DNA of 64,000 nucleotides from Psilocybe cubensis (taxonomy: Eukaryota). The stretch covers positions 3,224,001 through 3,288,000 of the forward strand of contig CM039003.1 of the NCBI GenBank assembly GCA_017499595.2. Direction: 5' to 3'. A model generated the notes under the pieces. That model worked only from the letters and a program-made list of their open reading frames with translations. It did no database searches and was not told the DNA's origin. The translations under genes and the position numbers were made by a program. Positions 38,641 through 53,252 of this stretch are shown here, piece by piece; the first letter of the stretch is position 1; each line of letters opens with the position of its first letter.

Positions 38641-38760
38641 CCCCAGGAGAATTTGTCCGCGCTGCCGTAGCCAGTTGGGCCTGCAAGCGACGTTAGATGG
38701 TGCAAGAAGTACATTGTGAACTGTATCAGTTCTGTAATGGCTTGAAAATCATTGAATTTA

Positions 38761-40414
38761 CGACAGTATAGCATGTACAATATGAAACAGTAGACTACGT
38801 ATTAGGTACATTGTGGGGTATGAAATTGATTGCGTATATACAGCAGACCGAAAATCGAAAGCAAGACAACAAGAAAACAATTAGAAAAGCTGACGGGGAG
38901 TAGGGTAGTGGGTGAGTCCCCCAAGAAGTTATAAAGACGCTGGAATGACGCTGAGAACGCCTGCTAGGTGCGGAAGGGGGAAACCTCGTATTTCTTGCAG
39001 ATTGCGAGATACTCGTTCCTCGACGGATACTTGGCGCGAATCTGCGCCTCGATAGCGATGTCGTTCAGCCGGTGCCTATGGTCGAGAGCGAATCGGTCGA
39101 TGTTGATATTGTGCGCTTCGGGCGTCATAGGCCGGGTGAGTGCGCGTTTGTTGTCGAGAAGGGTATGAAGATCCATTATTTCTTGACGAATCCGAAGGAG
39201 GTCCTCGATTTCCTCGAAGTCGGCGTTGCAGTCAGCGTCGGTGGTGCGTAAATTCTGGGCTTCGACATCCGTGATTTGAGCGCCTAACGAAACTGGGATG
39301 AGCAGATTCAAAAAAAAAAAAAATTCAACGATGCGTACGATTGCGACCTCTGACCATCACCGGGGTATCGCTACGCTCTTCGATATAACGAAAGACCTCC
39401 CCACAAACCGACCCCACATACGCGGATACGCGCTCCGTTATCCAACATCCCGACGCGATGCTGTGCTTCAACCCATACTTGAAGCCTACGATGGCCGAAA
39501 CGACTTGAGAGATGAGTGCAGCCATGGTAAGAGATTCGCGGTTAACGAATAAGCGGGTGGGTGTGGAGATCGATGTGGGTGGTAGTCGGTAAGAGCGAGT
39601 GAGCGAGGGAGTGAGTGGTTGTGGTTGTGGTTGGTGATAAGAAAGGCTGCGGGAAAGTTGTGTAAGTGGGATCAATTTATAGATGGTGGTGACAAACGAT
39701 GGCAAACGAACAGATTAAAGTACTCACTGCAGACTCACACTAGGGAAGGCCAAAGATTCAGAATTTTCAATGTCTGCAGGTGAGTCGGGTGTAGGCGCGC
39801 CAGGTAGGGCGCCAGCTATATTAAGTACCCAACGAGTGTAATAAATAGAATTGCGCAAAACGCTGAAAATATATCATATTTATTAATGAATCGCGCACTA
39901 CACATTGACGACTGCGAGATTTTTCAAAGGGCAGCGAGTCGCCAGAACGACGCATGCCATCGTGTTATCATCGTCTGCGAGTCGACATCGCGCCAAAAAT
40001 GCGAATTCTTCGCGCGCTTGTCGACTCGCTCAGCGAGTCGATTACTGTAAGTTCAGGTGTATGTTTAACTTACAGCACTTACTTACAGGAATTGTGTAAG
40101 TATGACATACACAATTTGTTTTCTTTGTGTGTATGTTTTACTTACACAAGTGCTGTTTGTATGACTTACAGCAATTGTGTATATTATACTAACACCGGAC
40201 AAAAAGAAATTGTGTAATCTCGGTGTTTATTCTATTTACAGTCTACTTACAGCAATTGTGTTTGGTCGGCATACAGCCACCAAACACAATATGTCTTTGC
40301 CGACTGTTTGTTTTTCATACACGTGTGCTGTATGTCGAACTTACAGCGAAACTTACATAAGACATGTAAGTTTTCTGCTGTATGTTTAACTTACAGCGGT
40401 CGGCGCCCGCAGTG
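38761..40414 (-). repeat. Right terminal inverted repeat
   Basis: Reverse complement of 1475-3130; near-identical from ~38891 to 40414. Confidence 0.95.
38964..39525 (-). CDS. TIR-encoded two-exon hypothetical protein, right copy
   Basis: Mirror image of 2364..2925 with identical translations in the ORF track. Confidence 0.65.
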
Positions 40415-40417
40415 TAT

Positions 40418-42286
40418 ATACGTAACCCAAAGTACGATACCCTCAGTATTGAAGCAACCCTGTGGAATGGAGACCCTTTTTTCCGGTATATGAAGGCAGT
40501 TAACGATCAGAAGAACACACCTCTTATTGCTGGAATTGGGGTTGAAGTTGCAACGCGACGGAGGAATAAATTTGCCGGGTTTATCAAGAACATTGAAATT
40601 AAGGAGCAGGACAAGGGTGTCATTAATATAGACGTGACAGTCAACCAAGCATTAGGGTGCGAGGGTTCATTTTAAGACATACATCTATTTGAATTCACAT
40701 TGCTTCCATGCATAGGAATTGTCCGAAGTATATTGTACTTCGTGAGCTCGAGCCCCGGCCAACGACCTCTCCTGTGATCCAACACGACCATTCTCATCTC
40801 TCCCCAGAGGAAAGGCTCTCTGATGAAGCCATTGCTCTCATCCTTGCATCAGATACTGTCTTTTTTGGCACTACGTACTCTGCTGAAGCTTCAGAACAGT
40901 CAATGTATCCTTCGCATCTTGGAATGAATCATCGTGGTGGACGACCCGGATTCATTCGTGTGAAGCCATCCGACGGACGCACAGTCGTACTCCCAGACTT
41001 TTCTGGTTAGGAATTCATTCGCTTACTTTCGTTCGTGTGATTTTTCATCTGATATTAAAATATATCTTTTCAATCTAGGTAATCGATTCATGACATCCCT
41101 GGGCAATGTGGAGGCGACACCGTTCGCGTCGCTCACTTTCATTGATTTCAAATCTGGCAACATCCTATATCTCACCGGCAAGGCTAAGAATGTATATGGC
41201 GCAGATGCTCGTGCAGTCATGCCCTTTCAAGATCTACTCACGGAAATACACGTGACGGGGTATACTTACGTGGTCGATGCTCTTCCCGTTCGCGTTGCAG
41301 CAGGGTATGTCGACCAACTCAGTCCATACAGCCCGCCCATCCGGCTTCTCTCTGAAGAAGTTCCTGATACCAAACTCTTCGAGAAGGAAAACCAACCGAA
41401 GGCACGATTGGCCAAGATTTCTACGCTCAGCCCTTCCATCGCAATATTTGAATGGGAAGCGTCTGAGCCGCTTTCTGTGAAGCCAGGACAAGCTATCATC
41501 TTAGACTTCAGTCCTCTCCTCGGTTCGCGTCAATATCAGCATATGTCACCTGGAAAACCCAGCCTCGTAAACGATGACTTCATCCGTACCTGGACGATCT
41601 CAAATACGTTACCACAAGGTTCCAATTCTCGGTTATTTGCTCTCACCATGCGCGAGAAAACTGGAGGAGTAGTCACAGGCGCCCTATTCAATATATTGAG
41701 GAAGTTAACAGAATACAAGCACGCAGCACTGGAGGATGCTAGAGTACTATCTTTAGACGTGAACATTGTCGGCATCAATGGCGACTTTATTCTTCCTCCT
41801 TTTCATCCTCCTTCTCTTGGAGCTGAAGGTCTCTCGGCCTTCATTACTTCGGGAAAGAGACACCTTTATTGGTTCGCAGGTGGAATCGGCATAACCCCAT
41901 TTCTCTCAATGCTTGCTGCTCTCTCCCAAGTTCCTGATGCCGAGTTGCCTCGATGGGAAATCACTCTAATCGTTTCTACCCGCGAACCCGACGTCTCTCT
42001 TTCTCTAATATCGCGCGCCATTGGAGGAACAGTATGCCCAGCCTATTTGAAGGTCCATATCTTTACGAATGCTCAGGTGCCTGATATTGAACCCGAGTTC
42101 CGCGTCACTACTCACACTGGGCGTATTGATTCTGCGTTCCTGGAAGCACAGCAGGAACAGTTGCGGAAGGATAGTGCCGAGGTGTTTATTTGTGGACCAG
42201 AATCTTTCGAAAAGTCTGTTCTAGAATTTGTCGGCAAAGTTGGCGCTGACATTGGAAGAGTGCGTCGAGAAGGTTTCGCTTACTGA
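40418..42286 (+). pseudogene. 3' part of the interrupted PNPOx-like/FAD-NAD-binding oxidoreductase
   Basis: IAGIGVEVATRRRNKFAG, GNCPKY, MNHRGGRPGF, PDFSGNRFMTSLGN, AGGIGITPF, FICGP, RREGFAY*. Exons look undecayed. Confidence 0.9.
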
Positions 42287-43051
42287 GGAAGACACCGACA
42301 GTGCTATTTACGTGCTACGCTGCGTCGTATAGCACATGTGTACGATTGCCCTGACTCTCAATGCGAATGTGTTTTGAACATTAAACAGAACTGGGGATAT
42401 CTTCCAAAGCACAATACTGCTACCGACCATCCGCTGGTTTGTTCATGAAATGATCCGCAGTGACCTTATTTTCTAACTTATTCTTGGAATGAAAGTTTGT
42501 GCCACAGGGTGCGGCATATCTGCCATCTTCAACACTCAATTTCGTTTCCCGTCTATGTCTGCGCCAAGCCAATTTTTCGTATCTGCGCAGTTGTAAAACG
42601 TTGGAGTCTTATTCATGTGCGAAGACATTTCCAAATTTGCGACGTTGTAGAGTGCCCATGACCTTGTAGGACACCGTTCTCTCCCAGGAAAAGGTACGCA
42701 TGTGGCCGCAGAACAAGGCTCAGGCATTTGTACGGTCATCCATGACTTCAATGTACTCACGGAGTATACGTACAGATGTTCGCTGATTGGTGTCACCCAT
42801 GCAATTTACTGTCATTCCACCTGTTCTGTATGATACAGAAGCCGGCCCGCCTAATCAGTCCTCATTCACGTCCAATGAAAATTTCCAAAAATTTCAGAGA
42901 AGTCTGGGAATGATTATTCCAACGTCACAATTCAGTAATCTGTTGGTTCTGCTTTCGTATGTTGCACTCACCTCTTGTCAACTTCTATAAAATGAGAAGT
43001 CTAATCCGTGGATGATATCTTGCCTTCGTTTGAGGTTTCCTCCCAAAGACA

Positions 43052-45182
43052 ATGCGACAACGTCTATCACAAGTTCTTGCTGTGGCTGGTGCAGCGTACG
43101 GTGCAGCTGTCGGTCCCCAGTGGGAATTCGTCCAAAATGGAACGAGTGGTATTTTGGCGTTGGAAGCTATCGTCGTTTCCCCTACATTAGCCATTTTTTT
43201 TGACCGAGCATCCAACGACCCTCTCCAAGTTAATGGTCACCCAGCATGGGGTGCTCTTTGGAACTTCCGCACCAATACTGCGAGCCCTCTGGATTTGGTC
43301 AGTGACAGCTTCTGTGCGTCGGGCGGGTTCCTCAGCAATGGTACAATGGCGAGTATTCTATTGTTTACCTTTGTGAGACGTATCTAAATCGAGGTACCTT
43401 ATAATTTTAGGTCAGCGTTGGGGGAAATATCCCAGCCATTACGGCTGCGCAGGATGGCCGTATGGGTCTTCGACTCTTTGAACCATGCGACGATCCAAAC
43501 GGCGAAGGATGCACTCTCTTTGAAGATCCCGAGAATTTACATTTGGTTGAAAATCGTTGGTATACCTCTGCACTCCGACTTCACGATGGGTCATTGGTAT
43601 GTAATTCGTCCGTAATAATCCATAATATTTTTGAGTTTACGCTACTTGCAGATTGTTGTGGGAGGTATGCATGAGGACACGCCGTTCTATAATACCGATC
43701 CTGCAAATACTATTGAATTTTTCCCGCCTAAGGATAACGGCGCTGCTCGACCATCGCCTTTCCTCGAACGAACGGTCCCTGGAAATCTGTTCCCAAGGTC
43801 AAATTTGGTTTCAGTGAATTTTGACGTCGAATATACTAATATCCAATTACAGGCTCTTCTCCTTACCCGATGGCAGAGTGCTCATGATAGCCAATAACCA
43901 AACTATCATTTATGACGTGGAGACCGATACGGAGGAAATCCTTCCAGAAATTCCCAACGGCGTGCGCGTCACCAACCCGTTCGACGGGACAGCAGCATTG
44001 CTACCTCTATCGCCCCCCGACTTCACCCCCGAGGTTCTGGTTTGCGGAGGAAGCGCCACAGATGATCGCATCCCCAGTGAAAATTTGTCTTCACAAACGC
44101 CAGCCTCCGACCAATGCAGTCGTCTCGTTGTAACTCCAGAGGGCATCAAGAAAGGGTGGCAAGTTGAACATCTGCTGGAGCCCAGGATGATGCCCGAGAT
44201 GATACTCATGCCAAACGGTCAAGTCCTTATCGTCAATGGTGCCATGAGCGGATACGCCGCTATAGCTGCTGTGGCTGATCCCGTCAATGGCTCCAATGCT
44301 GACCATCCAGCGTAAGTCAATTTCACAAGTAACATTTTTTGCCAATCAATTCCTCACGTTCCCCCGTAGACTAACTCCCTCTCTATACAATCCTAACGCG
44401 CCACTTGGCAAGCGTATCAGTAATGCTGGTCTACCTACCACCAACATTCCAAGAATGTATCACTCGGTCGCTTCCTTGACACCGTCAGGGTGATTATTTG
44501 ATTCTTTTCTCACTTTAATTTTTTACTGATTATGATTTCAGAAACGTCCTCCTTGCAGGATCCAATCCTAACGCTGAGGTTGTGAATGACACTGTGAAGT
44601 TCCCTACGTATGTCACGTATAATGCCTCATTTTCATTTTACATTTACCGTGATACCCTTCAGAGAATTCCGTGTACAGTACTTGAATCCTCCGTTCATGT
44701 CGGTGGCTCGGCCTACGTTGAGCAATGTGCCCACCAAAATCGGGTTTAACGAGAAATTTACAGTCGATATCTCAATTCCCAAAAACCTCAAAGCCACAAA
44801 TATTCAAGGTGAAAAATTATACTGCGTTTCCTTCCGGTTTCGATGCTGAAGGTGGCTTGTTTTTTCAGTCGCGTTAATGGACCTAGGCTTTTCTTCACAC
44901 GCATTCCATGTCGGGCAAAAGCTTGTATTCATGGACGCAACTCTTTCCAAAAACAAGAAGTCGTTGACTATTACCAGCCCTCCCAACAATAGGATATTCT
45001 CTCCTGGCCCAGGTACGGATCGTTTTCAAGTTGAATATCTGCTTGGTATGTACTCATGGTGCACACTTCTATTTTAAGGATTTATTTTTGTCACCATCGA
45101 CGATGTTACTAGCGAAGGCTCACGTCTCATGGTGGGCAATGGACTACCACCACCGGTCCAAGACCAGGGTATCAGAATTTAA
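43052..45182 (+). CDS. Glyoxal oxidase / copper radical oxidase (AA5_1), secreted
   Basis: Signal peptide; [42 protein letters not shown] motifs across exons. Confidence 0.9.
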
Positions 45183-45428
45183 CACTAACCATCTGTATAC
45201 CCAGCTTCTTACTGAACCAGCTGGAATTGTTTTGTACTGTATCATACAACCTTCTGAACTATCCAAATCCGACCATATACAGTATGGCTTGAATGTCTAT
45301 TTTGTAAACTTTCAACCTCGCGAGAAAACCTGCAACGTTAGGAGAGAGAAAACCAAGCAAAAATGACAGATTTCTATGCTCTATTCGGAATATTGTTTGA
45401 CTCAAGACTCTCTTTGAGTCTCATGATA

Positions 45429-46820
45429 TCATGCCTTTCCCTTTTCCATCCTTTCATTGGACTTCTCTTTGGCTTTAGCTATCTCCTTTTCCAGCGAGCT
45501 TCCACGGCCCAGCAGTAATCCTGGATGTGCAAAGTTCATGCTGTACATTGTCAACACTATCATGGCTCCGTCCAGAACATCTATTAAAAATGATCGATCA
45601 GCGTTCTTTCCATCACATCTTGATTTTTGTACGAAATCAACATACTGAATAGGACCTGTGTGCTGATTATTCTGCCATTCCATCCGTTACTTAATTCGAC
45701 TGTACGATATACCGCTCTGCTCTCCATTAACAAAGATCCACGCTCTTGAGTAGTATGTAAGCGTATATAAGCTCACCTAATGAAGAGGAATGTGGTGCTG
45801 AACAACAGTGCGACACTCATAAGGGTAAGCTTCTCGCTTATTGGTTCTCTCACAAAATTAGCGTCTTGTGAACCATCACGCAGTATGGGCCAGTTTTGCG
45901 TGTAGCGAAGATAGAATTCGATGGCAAGAAATGCGTAGATCGATATCGTCACTAAGAAGAAAATAAATATGATAAACTTAAAACTTGTACAAGAAGAATC
46001 AGGGAACTTACAAAGCTGAAACGCAATACCCCCAAGCATTATGTGCCCTCCCTGGATTGGGAGCTTAGTTTCCCATTCCTTGCTATAAGCAGAGCACTTA
46101 CAGGGGTAGGGTCTAAGCCATTTCCGGACGCAACGGCGGCCTTTCCTCCTCCTACCGCTTGAACGACAAGGGAGATGACATCCTGTATACATATTCAGCA
46201 TTATGGGAGCTGACGTTCCACCATTATGACCCTTACGCAAGTACAAAACAGAATGGTATCTTGTAAAAAGAACATAAGTTAGCAAATTGTTTCTTTCATC
46301 ATGCGGGTGCTTACACCACTTTGGACTCAGCCGGCTGTATTGTGTCCCTAAACGCTGAATTATGATCCCAAATGCTACAAAATTTGCTGCTAGAAACGGC
46401 GTTGGTCCCAGGATAGTGCATGTAATTCTGGAAAAAGGAAGTTGAAATTAACAATACGTTTCGTGTTTCATTCAAAGTCAAATCTGACGCACTGCATTTC
46501 AAAGGGAGGAGAAAAGGGTGGGTTGAAGCTGGACCATAGCCTCGCTGACCATCCAAGAACCTCCAGCAGACCACAAAGGCAGACCGTCGGCAGCAACCAC
46601 CACATGCGATAGTAAACGCCCTGACATATGTGGATAACTGTTTCCAATGCCCATTAAAACTGTTCAGAGATCAGAAAAACGTAACCCACTGGTAGAGAGT
46701 CCAAATAGCACGATGAAAGTTATTGCCACGCCTTCCGTTGGAACATAGTGGTAAGGCGACCCTCTGAAGATATGTCGTGCAACTAAATCAGGATCTGTAC
46801 GACAATTATCAGAGGATATC
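45429..46820 (-). CDS. RTA1-like membrane protein
   Basis: SPYHYVPT, WWLLPTVCLCGLLEVLGWSARLWS, IMLGGIAFQL, FLFIR, VLDGAMIVL..NFAHPG. Start uncertain. Confidence 0.85.
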
Positions 46821-47549
46821 TAGATTTTCCAGCATTATTTGAAGCACCTATCTCCATTCCAAAGCTTTTGTATGCTGTAGGAGTACTTGTAGAACGATGA
46901 ATGGCTCGTGCTGTAGATGGAACGAGGGAGAGTCGAGGAAAGCAGCAACACGGTGCATACGGAATGCAGTGCTATATTTAACGGTCTATTTTCACTTCGT
47001 GGTAGTGATAATTTGGTAGGCCGTATTACCGAATTGAAGCAAACTTTACATTTCAGAAGATAGTACAGGGGTGGTGGCAAGACAGCGGCTGAAAATGCAT
47101 GAATAACCGAATCGTTACCTCGGTTTTTAGTACAGAACCCTGCTGAATGAGCTGTTTTGGTATGGAAATAGTGATTCCTAACAAATATTTCCTGTGCAAA
47201 ACTACCACATACGGAAAAATCGGATATAATTTATTCTCCGAGCTCACCGTACTTTGCTCTCGCGCCTGCTGCGGCCATTTGATTGATTTGGTTGACAGTG
47301 TGATAGTCAGAGTAATCAGTCTGATGCACCGGAAGTCAACAAGGACTGACAGCATTTCAGCAGCAGTAGCAGCTCATCACCAGTGGCGAGTTTGTTGACT
47401 CCAAAGATAAGAAAGCAGCAGAACTGACAAGTGCATTGAAGTGACGTAAATGACGCATGAGTACAATGGAATCTCCCAACTAGAATCCTACTATCTAGCG
47501 CCTTCACTCTTAGCATCTTCCTACCATCCTTGTTAAACCCCAAGTATAC

Positions 47550-49594
47550 TTATCTACCCGTGTAATAGATTTCAAGCCAACGAAGTGGGGGATATGTAAT
47601 TGCAGAGAACCCAAACGCGAGCTGGTTATACCGTTATAGGGAGGTTACTAAATCAGTGGACGTAGATAGCGCTCGTTTCGTACCTCAAAGCCTAGATCGG
47701 CCCCAAACTCTGATCCGGCCATTTTCCCAATGGGACCCGTATACCACACCTAGTTAATATGTTCTCAAGTCTTCATGCTTACTAGATTGGTGATACATAC
47801 CTCCGACATACCTACTACCGCACCAGCGGCGCCAAAACCCGCAGCTAGAAGACCTGCCACTCCAATGGGTAGACTGGCATGGTTGATTGAGGTCAATGCG
47901 ATGCATATCAAAGAAGACAGATACAAACCGAGAAGGCGTGTCGTAATCATCCAGGTTGTATCCTCCTAAGCGCCCGCCTTTGCGTCTGAAAATGAAATGC
48001 TCTTCCATGACGATAACAATGAACCAGGCTGTCCAATATCCAAGAATACTTAAAAAGTTTGAAAGAATGGCAGAAAAGTGTTCTCGACCGGTCACTCCTG
48101 CTACGGTATAAGCGACGAACGCCACAAGAGTCCAAAAAAACCGTGGTACAATGGCGAAAGGTCGTCCTAGAGCTTGTATGGATAGACCTGCTGAATAGGT
48201 ATTGATAATATTGTTCATTCTACCTATAAATTAGACCCCTTTTGTCTGTTCTAGTAAACAAAGTGCTCACAAAACCGATAAAGCCAGCAACACCAAAATG
48301 AATTTCCCTCCTCCTTTCCAAGGCGATAGGACCTGCGCCACAAGTCCACCGGTGCTACCGCTGGCAAGTGCATCTGCATATGCAGGATCGGTAATGGAAG
48401 TCAAGGCTGCTCCGAGGAGCTCAACAAAACAGATTGGCAGGTACAAGCCAATGAACGTCATTACGAAGATCTTTCTTGATGAAGTCTCTGCGGGAATTCG
48501 GCAGTTATAGTCAGCTGCAACAGGGGCCCACTGAAGCAAATGAGAAATATAAATTACGTTGAAAAAAGCATAGACTGACCCCGGTGAAACCAGCAAAAAC
48601 GATTCCGCCAAAGCTCAGTATGTCGGATGATAACGAGCGACCGCTGTCTTCGTGGCCTGTTTCCGATGATATGTTGAATCCAGCTCGTGCTCCAAGTCCC
48701 CAAAGCATAAGCATGACAATGGTAAGTGGGAGCCAAGCGTAGCGTTCGCAAACATGAATCATGTCATAACCTATAAAGCATGGTATAACGCTCAGAACGC
48801 CAATGATGACAATACCGGCGACAAGAGGGAGAGTTCCGGGATTTATTGAAGCCAGCGTTTGGCCACCTACGATCACACATATCACTGAGAACCCCAATCT
48901 AAAATTCGATTAGCAATAACACAGAAAAGGAAATAATGCTGTAGCCATACTGTGTGAGTATGTTTAATATCGAGTACACAATCCCTCCAATGTATCCAGA
49001 ACTAAATCGGGTAATAATCATGGTCCGCAAACCGGTTTTCGGGCCTAATGTTGCAATGAAAGACGTAAGCGCTGTTCCTATGGCTCCGAAGCAAAGTATA
49101 GTGGCGGCAGCGTGACTTTCAGAGTGAAATAAGGATAATGAAGATTAAAAAATCTCCTTCGACTCACGCTAGGGTGAGAGTAAAGAGTTGTTGAGCGAGT
49201 ATGCCGATTGAGATAGTAGTCAAGACCATGTTGACAGACCTGAGAGAGATAAGCTGTTTAGCTACATTTTTATATGTAAAAAAACTAGATACAGACCACC
49301 ACATGAAGATACTGAGATTTAATTGCGAATGAGTAACTCGATAAGACTTGATCTCCAGAGGTTGAGTTCTTACTTATTCCAAACGTGAGTTTCATCCCGC
49401 ATATCCTCTGGGATACGCTCTACACCACGTGCCTCGATTCCTAGCTCAAATAGCTTGGATATAAAAGGTCCCAGAGCTCCGAATCTAGCGACGATAGCAC
49501 GACCCAGCTCGCTATCGTGCCCATGGGACCCCGATTGGCTTTCCACGGAATTCTTTTCGGTCTGGCCAGAGTGAGTGAATGAGCTATTTGCCAT
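47550..49594 (-). CDS. Purine-cytosine permease (NCS1/FCY2-like)
   Basis: GIEARGVERIPE, GPKTGLRTM, WAPVAADY, NNIINTYSAGLSIQ, NFLSILGYW, EEHFIFR, YPPLRWLE. Confidence 0.9.
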
Positions 49595-52288
49595 CGTACG
49601 TGTAGCCAAGTACACCCTAATGAAAAGCTACGTAGAGATGGAGTGAGGAAAACAGAAGAGGTTTACCACACGAGCCAGATACACACCGTTCTCTCTGAAA
49701 ATAGAATACTTTACCATGTGCATTGCTGCCAAAAATATCCCACTTATTCGAGTACGTATGGCACCTATTTCAGAGCTGTAAAACAGCAACACATCACTAT
49801 CAGTCATGGTATGAGATTAAATAATCAGTAAAGAAATATGCACAAATTAAAGGACGGTATTGGTCCCATATTGTGTGCTGGGGGGCGTCTTTCATGTGTT
49901 CGTAAATATACTCGTTTTGATACTCGTCCAAAATTACATTGAGCATCCGACAGATGATTGTCAATTATTGAGCCATTATTCAAAAGCTGACAAGCTTGAG
50001 TTGAAAATTGATGCCTCTGTATAACGTACCTGAATACTATATGGCCCAACGGATCCCGTTCCGCGCAGATACTAGTATGCTAGATGCATATCGGAAGTGA
50101 TTCAGATTATTAGAGGATTGAAACCATTGCGAGAATCTCAAGGGGTAATTTATATCTGATCAAAATTATTCTCAGAGTCTTCTTGTGCCTTGACAGTTCT
50201 GGGGACATCTCTTGACGTCGTGCATCACCGGGCGTACCAAGGCGTACACTTAAGGGAAATTCGGGCGGAGAACAAAGCTTCTGCCAAATTAGGTGCTTAA
50301 GTGTTTATGACAAATCGATTTTCGAAGTCCGAAACGCTATAGGCCCCAGGGCCTAGGCTCGTACTGCATTTAGAGGTCCGATCATAGTGCTCTTTGCCAT
50401 CCAAACACGACCACAACAATGTGCAAACAACGTAGAATCTAGCTAACGCCTAAGGTTGGCTAACAGTCGATCTTGGTTGATAATGTTGAAGATCAGGCTA
50501 GGGGGATGGGTATGAAAAGTTACACCGCTTGAAAAGAACGTGCGTGATTATGGTTTATTGATTATTTCATCTTCCTCATCCTTACCAATCGCACACTCTT
50601 CGCCTCAACGTCATCGCTGCGCTTTCAACTCTCGCAATATATACTGGACTTCGCTGACGCCTTGAGATTAATTTCTTGAGGTCAAGTGTTTTTTATTCTG
50701 AACATAGACGATTTTCATGAAAACAATTCTGGGATATTAAACACAAGGCCAAATTATTGAGCAAATCAAAGCCTCGTTCTCTGAGGTGGAACATCGATAT
50801 TCTACAAATACAAGTAACTGGGAGTTAAGATAGAAGCCTGGGTATCGTTCCTCAGACGCCTCTACTGAGACCTTTCCAGGGTATGTGCTGCTAAACGGAT
50901 TACACAAATAAACAAAGCCAATGTATATCATGAGTGCGCATTTCATTTTGTACTTCTACCGGATTCAGGCGAAACCCGGAGTATTGAATGGAATTGCTGA
51001 CGTCGTCTTTACCTTGCTTTGGTTCAAAACAAGCCGCCAAATTGATTTTCCAGGCAGTTAAAATTCTTTTGAGTCCAAAAACTGAACACTGTTTCCGTAG
51101 TTTGACCGTATCATTATCATTCCGATGTCTCTAAATTATTCTCAATCTTTGCCTCTATACATTTTTCCGCATAGGTCATGAGTTGGTGGTGCTCAAGCAG
51201 TGACGTTTGAGCGGCCTATCCTTCAAGGGTAACAGGATTACGAATATCGGACAATTAATTCTGTACAGACAACCCCTAGTTGATGTAAATCCAAACTTCA
51301 CTGAAACAATGATTCTAAAAGTCTGCTGATGTACTTGAATTAACTTGACGTTACTACAGGTTTGACGGGTATTCTTCGCAGTTAGAAACTTTGACCCTCA
51401 GCTATCTATTAATAGACATGCCATACCATCCACCGTCAAGGGGTCAGCTAATATAGCGACATCTCGAGAGAACAGCAACGGCTTGTACATAGGAACTTGG
51501 ATATTTTCGAATTGAACTTTGGCACATTTGAGCATCAGATTAAGTACTGTCCAGCTCACATTGAAAACCTTTGAACAGATAACCAGAACGGGCAAGTATG
51601 CGGTATAAGTGGAATGCGGTGATACGGACCGATATATCTTGGATGGAGAGCAAAACGGAAATTTCTCGCACTGACCACCATCAACAGAGTGCCAGCGTGC
51701 AGAAGCGAATGTCAACCTGCCTGCACGCTCGGTCAAACTATACCTATTAATAGATCATCGAGCCCGCTAAGCTACTATTGTGCTGATCGCAAACTTTCCG
51801 AGTACCAAAAACGTTACATGCACCACTCTAGCAACATGTTGCACTGATAGAAAGTGAAATAGAAGGAAACTTTGCCTAGATCCTGGAACTGTGTATTTAC
51901 TTGAGTGGATACAAACTCAAGTGTCTAGGCTCATGGATTTACAGGATGTATTGACCGACACTGGTCCTTGAGAAAATGACAGAGCGTTAGCCATGTGTGC
52001 GACTATATTGGCGTTTATTTTTAGACAAGGTCTAAACTGAGTAGGTTACTTCTATTCCGCTTCCTTAGTCTTGGTAGTATCTAACAAGCGCATCAAGATG
52101 GACGTCAGTAGCCATCGGAGAAGAAAACACGGAAGCTGTGCAACGCTCTTAATTTTCCGCAACGCCATGACTTCCTTTCGCGTGATATACCACGCGTCAA
52201 AGTCCTTGACCGGGCTTTTACCGCAAGAGTTGTATAAAAGATGAAAAATGAACGCCAATATCGTCAGGTCAAAAAGTACGATCCTCCT

Positions 52289-53252
<964 letters not shown>

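Larger units (their letters stand above)
1475..40414. mobile_element. Giant (38,940 bp) CACTA/EnSpm-superfamily DNA transposon with CACTG termini and TAT target-site duplication
   Basis: Begins CACTGCGGGCGCCGACCGCTGTAAG (1475) and ends CTTACAGCGGTCGGCGCCCGCAGTG (40414). TAT lies at 1472-1474 and 40415-40417. The flanks rejoin as GGC TAT ATA CGT AAC (G-Y-I-R-N) in frame. A Tnp2-type transposase is inside. Confidence 0.95.

Noticed and set aside
1475-40414. Starship, KDZ/Plavaka or LTR interpretation of the large element
   Set aside because: No tyrosine-recombinase captain at the 5' end and no RT/integrase. The repeats are inverted, and the transposase motifs (DFFNP, DLPAAR, FPFER) plus CACTG ends fit CACTA Tnp2.
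49650-52050. Short ORFs in the long intergenic region
   Set aside because: No recognisable motifs, splice pattern or repeat structure.
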